DNA of 64,000 nucleotides, from assembly GCA_001662655.1 (NCBI GenBank), contig KV460210.1; one strand, given 5' to 3'. Position 1 is the first letter of the stretch; each line of letters opens with the position of its first letter. This document shows, piece by piece, positions 1 to 10,869 of this stretch. Origin of the DNA: Pseudogymnoascus verrucosus (lineage: Eukaryota). The position numbers and the translations under genes were made by a program. The notes under the pieces were generated by a model. The model did not search any database, was not told the origin of the DNA, and saw only the letters and a program-made list of their open reading frames with translations.

Positions 1-1772
1 ACCGAGTCGAAGTAGAAGCTTGTCTCATCAACTTCCATCGAGGGGTTAGCACCCGCAGAAATCAGTTGCGCGACTGAGGACCAATATGCTATGGAGGTTC
101 CAAGAGACATAAGCATGTTCATGCTGCCGAATCGGTAGAAGCGCTGTAGGATAGGAGTCTTGTTGCCACGGCGCCACAGGAAGTGGATCTCTTTGATGGC
201 ACGTCTGTGAAAAACGTCGGCGGCGAGGAAGTATACGGGCGTAGCGAGGAGGAAGAGGATCCATTGCGTGCGGCTAACCTGTGCTTTCCAGGGTGTCATA
301 AGCCAGTGTTTGCTCTGATTTGAGGAAGGAACAAGGCTCATGAACACAATGCCGATTATGAAGGTTGGAATTGCTATGATAATTGTGAGGGCGACACGGA
401 TGAGTAGGCGACGTTGCTGTTGAGCGTGAAGTGCATGGGAGCGCTCTTCGAGGGTTGGCGGATGGTATATCGATACCTCGAACTTGGGGTCCAGTCCTGA
501 TATCGTGGCAATGATATCTCTAATGGTGAAATTAGGCAGTTGAGGCACATAGCTGAGCCTTAGAATCGGGTCTTTGATACTCAGTGGTTTCTCAATGCGA
601 ATCGCGTCTCCGAAGACTTCGAGCGACCGGAGCACTTTCTCGGGACAGTGGTTGCAGAACATTTGGGAGACGTTGATTTCAACCGTTCTTCGTTGTGTGG
701 CCTGTGTTGATTGCCCCAAATCTATAGCTTTATCAAGCGTTGCTTCGTAGCCAAGATCCTCAATTGCCTTCATGATCTCGTCGAGGTGAGCCCTTCCCTT
801 AAAATCAACACTGGCGCTATTCGCGATCAGGTTAACGGTGACCTCCTTAGCCCAGTCCTTTTTCTGCAAAGCATTCGTGATTGCAGCAGCACAGGATCCG
901 CAGGTCATTCCGCCAACCGCTATGCTCGCCCGCCACATGTCTTTCTCCTTCCCGGCATTCGTATCGGCGACAGAGTTTAGGAGCGCTTCGTATCCGAGGT
1001 CCTCAATGGTAGATATCAAATCATCGACGTGATCTTTGCCAACAACATCTGCGGTCGCGCTGTTGGAGATGAGGTTGACATTGATGTTCTTCACCCAGCT
1101 CTTCTTTTCGAGCTCCGTCGTGATAGCATTCGAGCAGGACGCACAAGTCATCCCCCCAATAGCAACGCTCGCACGCCAGATATCCTCTTCTCCTCCTCCA
1201 TCGACAACCACAAACGGCTCCTGCGACGACGGCGACGAAAGCGGGGGCTGCGAATCCATGGCGTTGACATGAGTATCCGGTTGTAGCAGAGGCTGGTGCG
1301 ACGGTGTGTTTGTTAATTTTCCGTTCGGCTTCGTGGTCTGATATCCTTCTGTCCTACATAATTCGCAGTCCTGAATGTGTCTTGTCCTGAGCCTCTCCGA
1401 GTCCTCACTTCTGCCTGAATGTCTCGGCCCGCCGAACCATTCACTACGTTCGAGAATTGAATCAAGAGTCCCGTGGACATCTCCAAATGCCGATCCATCT
1501 GAAGTAGACACGTCTCGTGCGATGCCATTTTCCGTCACACTGCATATGCCGAACCCTGCTTCGGTGAGTGCATGCTGTATGGTGCATATCTCCAGGTCTG
1601 TGGGATGCGTGACGGTCACCCACGACGTGACGATCGACGGTGATACGTTAAGAGGCCGGGGGGACAGCGCATAAAGCGCATTTTCAATATTAGCCACGCA
1701 GGAAGGGCAGTGGAGGTTTGAGAGGAGAAACGAAGTCTCCATCGTCTGCGATGGTGGGGTCGAAGGGTCCAT
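1..1772 (-). CDS. crpA: Copper/heavy-metal transporting P1B-type ATPase, CrpA-like; 5' part only, runs off the window start
   Basis: Open frame from ATG 1772 (MDPSTPPSQTMETSFLLSNLHCPSC...) to the window edge; missing from the ORF track because no stop is reached. Four CxxC metal-binding motifs (LHCPSC, GMTCASC, GMTCGSC, QMFCNHC), HMA-type IEDLGYEA, then TM segments ATPVYFLAADVFH...RFGSMNMLMSLGTSIAY...FYFDS. Orthology to crpA rather than another P1B paralogue is from family recognition only. Confidence 0.88.
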   Translation of the reverse strand, partial: MDPSTPPSQTMETSFLLSNLHCPSCVANIENALYALSPRPLNVSPSIVTSWVTVTHPTDLEICTIQHALTEAGFGICSVTENGIARDVSTSDGSAFGDVHGTLDSILERSEWFGGPRHSGRSEDSERLRTRHIQDCELCRTEGYQTTKPNGKLTNTPSHQPLLQPDTHVNAMDSQPPLSSPSSQEPFVVVDGGGEEDIWRASVAIGGMTCASCSNAITTELEKKSWVKNINVNLISNSATADVVGKDHVDDLISTIEDLGYEALLNSVADTNAGKEKDMWRASIAVGGMTCGSCAAAITNALQKKDWAKEVTVNLIANSASVDFKGRAHLDEIMKAIEDLGYEATLDKAIDLGQSTQATQRRTVEINVSQMFCNHCPEKVLRSLEVFGDAIRIEKPLSIKDPILRLSYVPQLPNFTIRDIIATISGLDPKFEVSIYHPPTLEERSHALHAQQQRRLLIRVALTIIIAIPTFIIGIVFMSLVPSSNQSKHWLMTPWKAQVSRTQWILFLLATPVYFLAADVFHRRAIKEIHFLWRRGNKTPILQRFYRFGSMNMLMSLGTSIAYWSSVAQLISAGANPSMEVDETSFYFDS

Positions 1773-2631
1773 TTCGCCGAGAAGGGTATTATGAAGCCTA
1801 TGATAAGTGACTCTCGACACACAACCGGGAAAATAGATAAGTATGAAATTAAGTCATAAGAAGAGAGCTTCTTATGGTGATATATACGTAAGTAACTACC
1901 TTTTGCGATGTTTGTGCCTTCACATTTCTTTGTGGCACTACTATGTCATTCGCGGTGGCCAAAACCCGCACAAACCGCGCACCGCACAAAAGACGCAGCT
2001 ATCGTGCTTAATAATCAACCCCGATAATGTAAGCAAGGGACTTGGTGTTCTTGGCCAATGAGTCAACAGCTGCACTTGGGTGTCTAAGAGCATTTCTTGA
2101 CATGATAGGCCCTTTGAAAGCTATCAGCTAGCATCGACTAGAAGATGATCGAACCGCAATATTGCCGCGTTGGACATGATATCATGTTCTTATACTCTCC
2201 CACGCCAACGATGGACGGGCGGGCCTAACCGAGAGTAGCAAGGGTGTTGAGCAAGTAAAGGGGAGCGAATGGGATGGAAGAATCGCCTCCGACGTTGTAG
2301 ACTCGTCAACCTCTCCATGTCCGCGAGGCTGAAGCCCATGGATGGGCCTCATCTCGTGATACTTTGCTGGAATGTGAGTGGGAAGCACAGCCTGATCTAA
2401 TTCCCGTGGTTATTTGCCATCATGTTGTGTACTTAGGACCCAGCATGTCAAAGTCTTAAAATCAATCCACAGCGTTACTGCCGTGGAACATCGCCACCAT
2501 CGAGAAACAGCAGAAAGGTTTAACCAGATGTCAAGATTATCTACGACAACTATGTAAAAGCATAATGCACCTACACTAACTCCAATACCCAAATTCCAAA
2601 TGGCGCTTCCAACAAGTAGCTTCTACTATCT

Positions 2632-5600
2632 CTAGTACTCCTCCTCGCTATCCTCATCCTCCGGCATAAACGCCCTATGCCTCCGACTCGTCAAGTCCTC
2701 CTCCAACCCTCCGTCCCCCTCCGAATCCTTCCACCCATCCCCACCCACCAAGCTCAACGCGACCGGCAAAAACACCAGCGCGTGGCTCGCCGCGAACACC
2801 ACCAGGGCCAACCAGATGCGGAAATAGTAGAGCTCGAAAATCTTGCTCTTCGTGAACGCCAGCACGCAGACCCCAAGTAGCTTCGTGATCGTGATCCCGC
2901 TGAATACCGAGCCGCCGACATTCACCAAGGAGACCCAGGCGCGGGCGTCGCGGCCGCGGAAGGAAGCGGGTGCGCGGGCGAGGAGGGTGACGGATGGGTA
3001 GGTGTAGGCGCGCGCGATATGGGCGCAGAACTCGACACCGATGCCGATGCAGATTATTAGGTTTACGAGCGAGACGGCGTTGAGGGAGACGTTGAAGAGA
3101 GCCATGGTGCCGATGATGTCGGTGACGATCATTGCCACAGTAGCCGTTACGACCATTGCCGTTTGTAGGCTTCCAAGCAGTAGTGTTGTGATGAGAAGGA
3201 TGATTGCGAGTGCTGACAGGAGGAGCTGTGTAGTCAGCGACACGATCGTTGCGTACTGATCGAAGTAGATGTAGAACACTGAGTATGGGAACACATCCTC
3301 CCCTGTTCGTTTCGATACGGCATTTGCAATACGTCTTGCAGACGCATAGGCAGCAATGAAATCTTCCTGGCTCCTCAATGGCGTGTGGCTAGTTCTAAAG
3401 TGGCTCGCTGGGATTGTAGTCTCCGCTTGATCAATAACAAGAGCATTGCCATAAGCTGCCTTTCCACCAAGTGGGCAATCGTCGTTCACCGGCTCCCTGA
3501 TCCACCGTTGTAGGTAGTCGACGAATTCAACGCCCTCTGGCATACCGCTAAGAGTGATGTTCCATGGCGGATCACGGCCTTGGAAGCATGGGACTCCATT
3601 TTCCATGCAGCATTCTTCTTCTGGATTGAGCCAGCGGAAGTAATCATCGATCCAGCTTGCCGCCGGCGCCGCAATGTACGATATCTCAGGTCGCTTGCGT
3701 TCCTGCTCCAGGACGTTGGTGAGAGATAGCGACTCGCAGGTTGTGAAGCGAGAGCATATCTGCTGTTGGTGTGAACGCTGTGTCGCATTCAGGCCACGGG
3801 TGACGAAGTATACGGGTGGCCCAGCGTCGAAATAAGCGTACAAATCGTTGAAATATGGGATCAGATAGGAGTCATCCGGAATTGCGACTCGCTGATCAAG
3901 TCCCAGCTTGACTTCTGGAAACAAAGAGACGCCTGCAGCGAAGAGGCCAAAGAAGATAACAACGACGAAGACCTTCATCTTTCGGCCAAGCAGGGCAGGC
4001 GTGTACGTCTTGCGGATGTATTTCTCCAAGCTGCCTTCGTCTGAACCTTCGTAGTAACGAGAATTAACGTTCATATCTCCACCGAGGTGTACACCGGCGC
4101 TCTTGACTTTCACACACGGGAAGCAGTCGGCTCTATTGTCCTCAACCCGGCGCTGATTCAATGCCAGGACGGAGATAAACATCGTTACCTGCAGGATCGC
4201 ATTGATGAAAACGGCACCCGCCGCATAGATGGCAAAGTTCCGAACAGCAGGCATGCCAACGAAAGCACCAAGTGCGAAAGCTATTGTCTCGGTTGAGGCT
4301 GACAATAGAATCGATGGCCCCATCCGCCCGAGAGCTTTTCCGATGCGTTCTTCGACAATCTCATCTGGGTGACTGAGGTTGACGCGTTCAAACTCATGAA
4401 CTATGAGGAAAATATTATCCACACCAACAGCAAGAACAATGAAGGGGATGACCTCGGCGATGATTAGGGTCACTTTTACCCCAAGAGCACTAAATAGTCC
4501 AACAGAGGCAGAAATCGACATCAAAACGATTATGATACCAACGACGCCAAGCGTAAATTTAGATTGCACAAATGCCATTGAAGGGTTCCGGAATAGTGCT
4601 CCCAATGATAGAGAAGTAGATCCTAATGCCAACGAGGCATAGAAGAACATAATAAAGTAGCTGATAACCACAATCTTGGCATCGGTGTTGGTAGACTTGT
4701 TAAGTTCGGCCTCGAGACTTATCTCCGTGGAGAATGACAATCTAAGACCGCGTTCCTGTGCTTCTCCTTGAAGGCTGAGCAGCAAAGATCGGAGGGATGT
4801 CTCCCAGTCCATTGCTCTCTCTGTTTCGGGAGAGCCTTCCGCATAGTTGTTGACAACCCAAGTTGCAATCAAAGCAGTAGAGTCGATGACGTCTCCGGAC
4901 TCCTCCCATCCGCCAAGTATCGTATTCGGAGGCAACGGCTGTCCTGATTCTGGTCGGCACAAAACGGGAGACTTTGCGCAGCCGTTTAGGTCTGACTTCC
5001 ATGTCTTTGGATTGACTGTGCTAAAATCGTTTCCAAAATAGCCCGTCACAGACTGGATAACACATGCATCACCCATTGGCTTGAAACAAACATCGTTCAG
5101 CTTAGCACCGTAGTGTGGGCCAGTAAGCTTGCTGACTCGGTCTTCGACGTCGAACCACCACTTCAGAGTCTCGTAGCTCAGAACAGGCCCTGGACCGCCA
5201 GGATGGGTATCATTGACAAGGAAAACTTGTTCTGCGCGGTAGAACGGGTCAAAGCTCTCATCGAAGAAAGCCTTCTCCTTAGCAGCGTCAGACGCAGGGC
5301 TAACCCAAAGTCTGGCTGGATTCTTCTCAATATCAAAATTCATCCATCCCAAACTGAAGAGTGCAACGATAAGGACACTAAGGCCGATGCTTATTCCCGG
5401 AAATGATGCTGCTGCGTATCCAAGCTTTGAAAATGCACCATCGATAATTGTGTTGACTCTGTAGTTTTGCTGCGGACGATCATAAAGGGCGGCATTGTCC
5501 AATAAATCGCCTTCTTCGTCTTCGTCGTCGCTAGCAGCTATGTCTTGCAATAGCTGTAGTCTCTGATTCCTTCTTCTCGAATGCTTCGCCCAAGCGACAT

Positions 5601-6459
5601 GCGCGAAAATTGCGGTAGCGAGAAGTGCAAGAAAAATACCATATGTAAGAATGGCGCCAAAGCTCAGGCAGGGCAGCGGTCCAACATGGCAAGCCTTGTT
5701 CTCCTTTATCTCCTCCAGCTTTGGACAAACTGCCGGACAGTCCACGCAAGCGCATCGAAATGCTTCGTCTTCGTCGTTGCACTTCTTCGGGGCCATATCT
5801 GTCGGTTTCATGTTCGGTTCTGTGTAGTCGGTCGGTAACGGGAAGTTGATTTGGAACGGGCTTCCAACAAGGAGCTTCTTATCACCCAAAAACTTCAACA
5901 GCCCTGGATAATCCTTCGCCCCTCCACCTATGAAGTCCATCGCATTCTGATTTGCGGCCCCGAATTTGACGTCCTTGCAGCTATCGTAGAACCCTGAACC
6001 GTACTCGACGCTCACAAGCTGGTCCAGCTCCGTCACAATATACTTGTCTCCTTTTTTCTCAGTCTCCGTCACGTTGATAAACAGGCTCTGGTCAGGACTG
6101 CACGTAAACGTGCAGAACAGGTTGAAGAAGTTTTCCTTGCATGCGGGGCACGCTGATATTATGGGTTGCGCTCTCTTGAGGTTGCTCTCTAGGTCATCCA
6201 GTTGCTTCCCTTCGCAACAAACTGGGCCTTCGCTCCATTTGCTTCCGCATAGCTTGACTAAATGTTCTCGTGTCTTGGGCGAGGGTTCTTCTGCTAGCCC
6301 GTTGTCTGGACATGGCAGCTCCGGTCCGAAAAATGACTTCTTCCCACAGGTTCCACGGATTGCGCAGCGTCCGGCTTCGTGTATGGGGGTGTATGGGTCG
6401 GCAACAGTGCTACTTGAAAGAGCTATCAAGCCAGCGATGACCTCCCATGCTCGACGCAT
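2632..6459 (-). CDS. NCR1: Niemann-Pick C1-like sterol transporter (1275 aa, single exon)
   Basis: Signal peptide, Cys-rich NPC1 N-terminal domain (CPACKENFFNLFCTFTCSPDQS), sterol-sensing domain (EVIPFIVLAVGVDNIF), Patched-type C-terminal TMs (GIGVEFCAH). Confidence 0.97.
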   Translation of the reverse strand: MRRAWEVIAGLIALSSSTVADPYTPIHEAGRCAIRGTCGKKSFFGPELPCPDNGLAEEPSPKTREHLVKLCGSKWSEGPVCCEGKQLDDLESNLKRAQPIISACPACKENFFNLFCTFTCSPDQSLFINVTETEKKGDKYIVTELDQLVSVEYGSGFYDSCKDVKFGAANQNAMDFIGGGAKDYPGLLKFLGDKKLLVGSPFQINFPLPTDYTEPNMKPTDMAPKKCNDEDEAFRCACVDCPAVCPKLEEIKENKACHVGPLPCLSFGAILTYGIFLALLATAIFAHVAWAKHSRRRNQRLQLLQDIAASDDEDEEGDLLDNAALYDRPQQNYRVNTIIDGAFSKLGYAAASFPGISIGLSVLIVALFSLGWMNFDIEKNPARLWVSPASDAAKEKAFFDESFDPFYRAEQVFLVNDTHPGGPGPVLSYETLKWWFDVEDRVSKLTGPHYGAKLNDVCFKPMGDACVIQSVTGYFGNDFSTVNPKTWKSDLNGCAKSPVLCRPESGQPLPPNTILGGWEESGDVIDSTALIATWVVNNYAEGSPETERAMDWETSLRSLLLSLQGEAQERGLRLSFSTEISLEAELNKSTNTDAKIVVISYFIMFFYASLALGSTSLSLGALFRNPSMAFVQSKFTLGVVGIIIVLMSISASVGLFSALGVKVTLIIAEVIPFIVLAVGVDNIFLIVHEFERVNLSHPDEIVEERIGKALGRMGPSILLSASTETIAFALGAFVGMPAVRNFAIYAAGAVFINAILQVTMFISVLALNQRRVEDNRADCFPCVKVKSAGVHLGGDMNVNSRYYEGSDEGSLEKYIRKTYTPALLGRKMKVFVVVIFFGLFAAGVSLFPEVKLGLDQRVAIPDDSYLIPYFNDLYAYFDAGPPVYFVTRGLNATQRSHQQQICSRFTTCESLSLTNVLEQERKRPEISYIAAPAASWIDDYFRWLNPEEECCMENGVPCFQGRDPPWNITLSGMPEGVEFVDYLQRWIREPVNDDCPLGGKAAYGNALVIDQAETTIPASHFRTSHTPLRSQEDFIAAYASARRIANAVSKRTGEDVFPYSVFYIYFDQYATIVSLTTQLLLSALAIILLITTLLLGSLQTAMVVTATVAMIVTDIIGTMALFNVSLNAVSLVNLIICIGIGVEFCAHIARAYTYPSVTLLARAPASFRGRDARAWVSLVNVGGSVFSGITITKLLGVCVLAFTKSKIFELYYFRIWLALVVFAASHALVFLPVALSLVGGDGWKDSEGDGGLEEDLTSRRHRAFMPEDEDSEEEY

Positions 6460-6688
6460 CGTCGCGTTGGGGGTTCACGGGGCCGTCGGTGTTTCAGTCG
6501 ATCAGTGGAGGCAACGGTGGGAAATAGTACGTTATGCGACAAGATAAATGGTGGATGAGCTCTTTACTCAACGAGTATTGCTCTATACGACAAGTTAATC
6601 TGACCACTGCGTTATGGTCATCTCGTATGCCGTCGGCCTGGTCGTGTTTGGAACTGGGATGAGTCGCACAGTACCTTGACGGTTGCAC

Positions 6689-6743
6689 TGACGTCAGGTA
6701 TTCATGTCACGTGATAGCCAGTTTTTGGATATCAATCACGTGG
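6689..6743. promoter_or_regulatory. CRE palindrome and two E-boxes in the NCR1 / small-gene divergent intergenic region
   Basis: TGACGTCA at 6689-6696, GTCACGTGAT at 6706-6715, ATCACGTGG at 6735-6743. Confidence 0.4.
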
Positions 6744-6963
6744 TTGGTCTTATCCAACTGGATGAAGTGTGGTTATAAACGTCATGTTGAACACACTATT
6801 CGGAGGACATATCTCGTCATGAAGACTCTTGGTATATTGGGGCAATTGTACTAGGATTTTTAGTTATGAGCCGTACGCTTTAATTAAGATGTTTTTATTT
6901 TAAATGCATCTTTTGAATTATTTTAATTGTGATACTTTTACACAAAATCCTAAGACATTCAAG

Positions 6964-7359
6964 ATGACAACCCACGCCATGAAAAATGTTGAAAAGGCAT
7001 TCACAAGCCACGGGAAATCCCTCGATGAAAACGGCAACGAAATTAAATCGCCAGAAAAAAAGAATGTTGATAGAGGTTTCGAAAAAGCAGGGTCACCGGA
7101 TTCCGCAAAAGAAAGTGGCCATGAGGGGGTGGTGCATCCAGGAAGGCCACAACAGGAGGAGAGATTTGGGGATCAGTACAGGAAGGTGAGCTTGTCGGAT
7201 TTATCTAATCAGTTGTTTGCTACATTGTCTTCAATGTTATTTAGAGATCTCAGGGACTAACTGCACTTTACATAGCCCAGTTTGGTAGGGAGCTTATTTT
7301 ACTCCAATTTCTCCAAAGTCGATCATGGCCCACAAAAACATCATGAGAAGAAGAGATGA
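6964..7359 (+). CDS. Small hydrophilic orphan protein (~101 aa), 2 exons: 6964-7185, 7276-7359
   Basis: ATG 6964, donor AAG|GTGAGC at 7186, branch ACTAAC ~7256, acceptor CATAG 7275. Phase 0 join gives ...DQYRK-PSLVGSLFYSNFSKVDHGPQKHHEKKR*. Confidence 0.6.
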
Positions 7360-7939
7360 ATTTCGGGAATTGGGCAGAGAGTATTTACAAGATCATGTCA
7401 TCAAATTTGGGTTTCACAAGAGATATTTTGAATGCTTGAAGTTGATTTGAATAAAATCAATTGCATCTATCAGAATGAAACGCTTTGTGATGCCAACAGC
7501 CTCGTTAAAACCCTTCGTGGGGAAAGAGTGCCGTGGTTTGCTAATCACTGTGACTGCTATAAAATGTAGACAGCCCCGCGAGTATCATTGCTTGCTCAGG
7601 CCATCTCCGAGAACTGATTTGACGCCTACAAACCGTTAAATCGCATCTTTATCATAGGAATTTGAAAAAACTTACTGTGGATCTGTGATCCCACGCCGGC
7701 CATATTTTATGGCAGACTTTTGATGCTGAGAACTACTCCCAGTTAGCTACGCTTCAAGACCCGGCACAGATGAAGCATACTCTGAGAGTTTCTCTCGGCC
7801 ACCGCCAACCTTGGCCCCCTTGACGTTCTCCCCTGTACACTCAGTGTGCCAAGCTAATCACTTATCAGTTTCTGGACCGATGCTTGCCGCCACAATAGCT
7901 TGTTACTCACCACTCTCGGCACAAGTTGAGCCGTTGGCT

Positions 7940-8587
7940 CTACTCATCATAGAGTCTGTTAATACGAAAGATGCTTTTGATCTTCTTGACCAATCTTCTG
8001 CGCATTTTTGGGCCCTCGGCTTCCTCTCTCTCGGCTTTGCGAGCCATCCTTTCCATCATAATGTCCACTTCTTTGTCAAACTCGCATGGAGTCAGGACGT
8101 CACGAAGATAGTAGATTTTGTCCTCTATTATGCCATTGTTAGCTTCTTTCCATTCATATAACTCCAGGATCAGTCGTTGAACACAGTGTCCGTCACGTTA
8201 AACTAATCACGTGCCGTCACCCCCTATTGAACCACTTGGTCGTGCCTTCCAAGCCGGGATTCCAAACTAGAATCCCAAGCTAGAACAAGCTAGAATTCCA
8301 AGCTAGAGTCCCACGCTTGATTCTCAAAGAGCCTCAAGCCTGAGTCTCGAGCTGGAATTCCAAACTGGAACAGAAGACAACTGGGAAACTGAAGCATAAC
8401 AAACAGTGTCTGAACGCCGAGAGGCATTCATTCTGTTATAGAAACTCGAAAACTGACATGGGAAACAACATGAGAAAAAGAACTTACCAGCCTTTGAGCG
8501 ATTATACGCACTGTATGAATCGCAGCTGGACGTCGACGTATAGCTGAGACGAGCCATGTTACCCGAAGCGCTGCCGATCGACTGCAT
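7940..8587 (-). CDS. Small orphan protein (~94 aa), 2 exons: 8587-8488, 8124-7940
   Basis: MQSIGSASGNMARLSYTSTSSCDSYSAYNRSKA, donor G|GTAAGT at 8487, branch GCTAAC, acceptor TAATAG at 8125. Phase 1 join gives EDKIYYLRDVLTPCEFDKEVDIMMERMARKAEREEAEGPKMRRRLVKKIKSIFRINRLYDE*. Confidence 0.6.
8249..8370. repeat. Degenerate ~13-nt tandem repeat (consensus CCAAGCTAGAATT), about 10 units
   Basis: ccaagccgggatt|ccaaactagaatc|ccaagctagaa|caagctagaatt|ccaagctagagtc|...|tcgagctggaatt|ccaaactggaa. Confidence 0.75.
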
Positions 8588-9070
8588 TGTGATAGAGATG
8601 GGATGGAGCTTATGATATCGGCACTTGGGCGGAACTTTGCTCTTTGAGCCGTTGATGGCGGTCGAGCAATTGATGACTCGAATACAGGTATTCGTCAAGA
8701 AGAGTAACACCTGTCGGCTGAAAGGAGTCTTATGAGTCCGTACCAAAAGCTTTGAGGCTTTGACGAGTGCTTGACTCTTGGAAATGAGTTTTGATGCTTG
8801 GAAGGGATCGTTGACTGGTTATGACGATGGCAGTGTAGAGCTTGAGTATGCCTGGATGAGTATGCAGGAATGATGGAGGGTGGGAAGCAAAGTTGGAAAA
8901 GAGCGAGTATCTTATAGCTTTCGCCGCTGGCACTAACAGAAGTCAAGTGACAGAGGTCCATCGTATCATCAGAGCACCAGAGCACCAGAAGACATGCTTC
9001 ACGAAGTTTGACATGCCACTATGAAGCTAACAAGGCCTCTTCCTCGGCGCCGCCCAATGTGGTAGACCAG

Positions 9071-9273
9071 AAGCATGTCGAACGTTGAGGCTCAAAATTA
9101 AGCCTTGTGCTTCAGAGCTCCGGTGTGCCGCTAGCACTATAATCCAGCAAGTGACTCACATATCCTCTAATGTGGCCAGCTACTCAATATCAGCGAGTAA
9201 AGCAAGAAACATGTTGGTCGTGGAGCTAAATTAAGGTTTGAGCCTCAAGGGCGGCTCCGGCGCGCCGCTAGCA
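9071..9273. repeat. Pair of degenerate ~65-nt direct repeats (9071-9136, 9207-9273)
   Basis: Both copies follow aa-catgt...aaattaag...gctccgg-g-gccgctagca. Confidence 0.6.
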
Positions 9274-9537
9274 TGCGACGGGAAATAGTTGTCGAGATTG
9301 ACATAAAACAGAATGGAATGGAATAAAATGTATTCTCAACTCACTAAGTGACTCACATGAAACAATTGTGGAAAATTAAATGGACTCGAAAGTGTAAAAA
9401 TGAAATGGTAAACCTTACACTTGATCCGAAGGACAAAAGCGTGACACAAAATCACGCATTAGCTGTAAATTTCCATTGCTGCATGATGGCTCTCTGACGT
9501 CTATTATTGACAATATGTACACTCAGCCTGTTTTCCT

Positions 9538-10535
9538 CTATTTCTTAGGCTCCTCCGTCTTCTCCTCTGGCTTCGGTGTTGGGAGTTTAAACGACTCTGG
9601 CTTCTGATCAATACCGGTTCCAACTTGCTCCCATGTGCTGCTTCCACCCTCAAAGTTTCTGAAGGCCTGGGTCAACTCAAGTGGCTCAACAACAATTCGC
9701 TTCTTCTCCTCGTCGTATCGAATCTCGGTGTAGCCCGTAAGCGGGAAATCCTTTCTCAATGGGTGACCATCAAACCCATAGTCGGTCATAATGCGGCGGA
9801 GATCAGGGTGTCCAACGAAGAAAACTCCAAACATGTCGTAGACCTCACGCTCATACCAGTTGGCACCGTCGTAGAGGCTGGTAATAGATGGCACAGGCTG
9901 CGCCTCGTCGGCATAGGTCTTGACGCGTATCCGCGAGTTGTGTCGGACGCTCAGAAGGTTATAGACGACCTCGAATCTTTGATCACGGGTAGGGAAATCG
10001 ACAGCCGTGATATCAGAAATCGTGGTGAATTCCGCCGCAGTGTGGTTCCTATGTGACCATTAGCTCCGTCTCGAGTTTCTGAAGCGGGGAGGTGCCGTAG
10101 TGAAGGCGAGAGGGGGCGCGGGGCGTGGAAAGCATCTAAGTACTCACTTAAGAAAAGTTATGACTGGGATCACTCCGGAAGGAGGAATGTAGATTGTGAG
10201 CTCATCCTTCCAGACGCTGTATTGCTGCACGTATTTTGGCAGGCATGACAAGACGTAGGCACCATACTTGTGCATAGCCTCGGATCTCGACGCATATTTA
10301 TCGACGGGGTTTTCGACCGGGGAGTTTATTGTCTCCATAGCTAGTCCACAATTAGCACCTTCAATTGAGGTCGGAGGAGGTCTTTCGATGACATACGCGG
10401 TCGTTTCGCAAACCTCATGTTTGGAACATCACTCCCCGCCGCCAGGTTGGCAGCTCTACGGGTTGCTGGGGTAAGAAAGCAAAGGCTTCCCTTCCTTGCG
10501 GCAGATGCCAGCGGACGGCTGAGTCTCATCGACAT
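9538..10535 (-). CDS. NDUFS3: NADH:ubiquinone oxidoreductase 30 kDa subunit, mitochondrial (~280 aa); exons 10535-10397, 10340-10148, 10048-9538
   Basis: Arg/Ser/Ala-rich presequence, [18 protein letters not shown], and signature [37 protein letters not shown]. Both introns canonical and phase-consistent. Confidence 0.97.
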
Positions 10536-10869
10536 GACGTGAAATGGAGGGGTTGGCCTGCAATCGTAATTGGTAGCTTGTAGTTCTTGACGACTTCAAC
10601 AAACCATCATGAATCTACGGGAAGGTCCATGATCACGTGATTACTACGTTGCAAATTACCGAAATTTAGCGTCGTTTAAGGCGCGTTCGCATCTTCCAGA
10701 TTCGACCTTTCAAACCACGTCAAATCCTTTGTTATCCACACCCCCAACGCCACCCTTCTTTTCTTATACGTCGCATTGTATGCGTTGAGAAGGCATTCGA
10801 CTGCCTATAAGATCTGACATCTCCTCCCGAAATCAACACCGACTCATCCAGTACACACCCTTTTATATC

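Noticed and set aside
6840..6960. AT-rich stretch as a RIP-mutated transposon relic
   Set aside because: Too short, with no terminal repeats or transposase remnants; equally explained as the promoter of the small gene.
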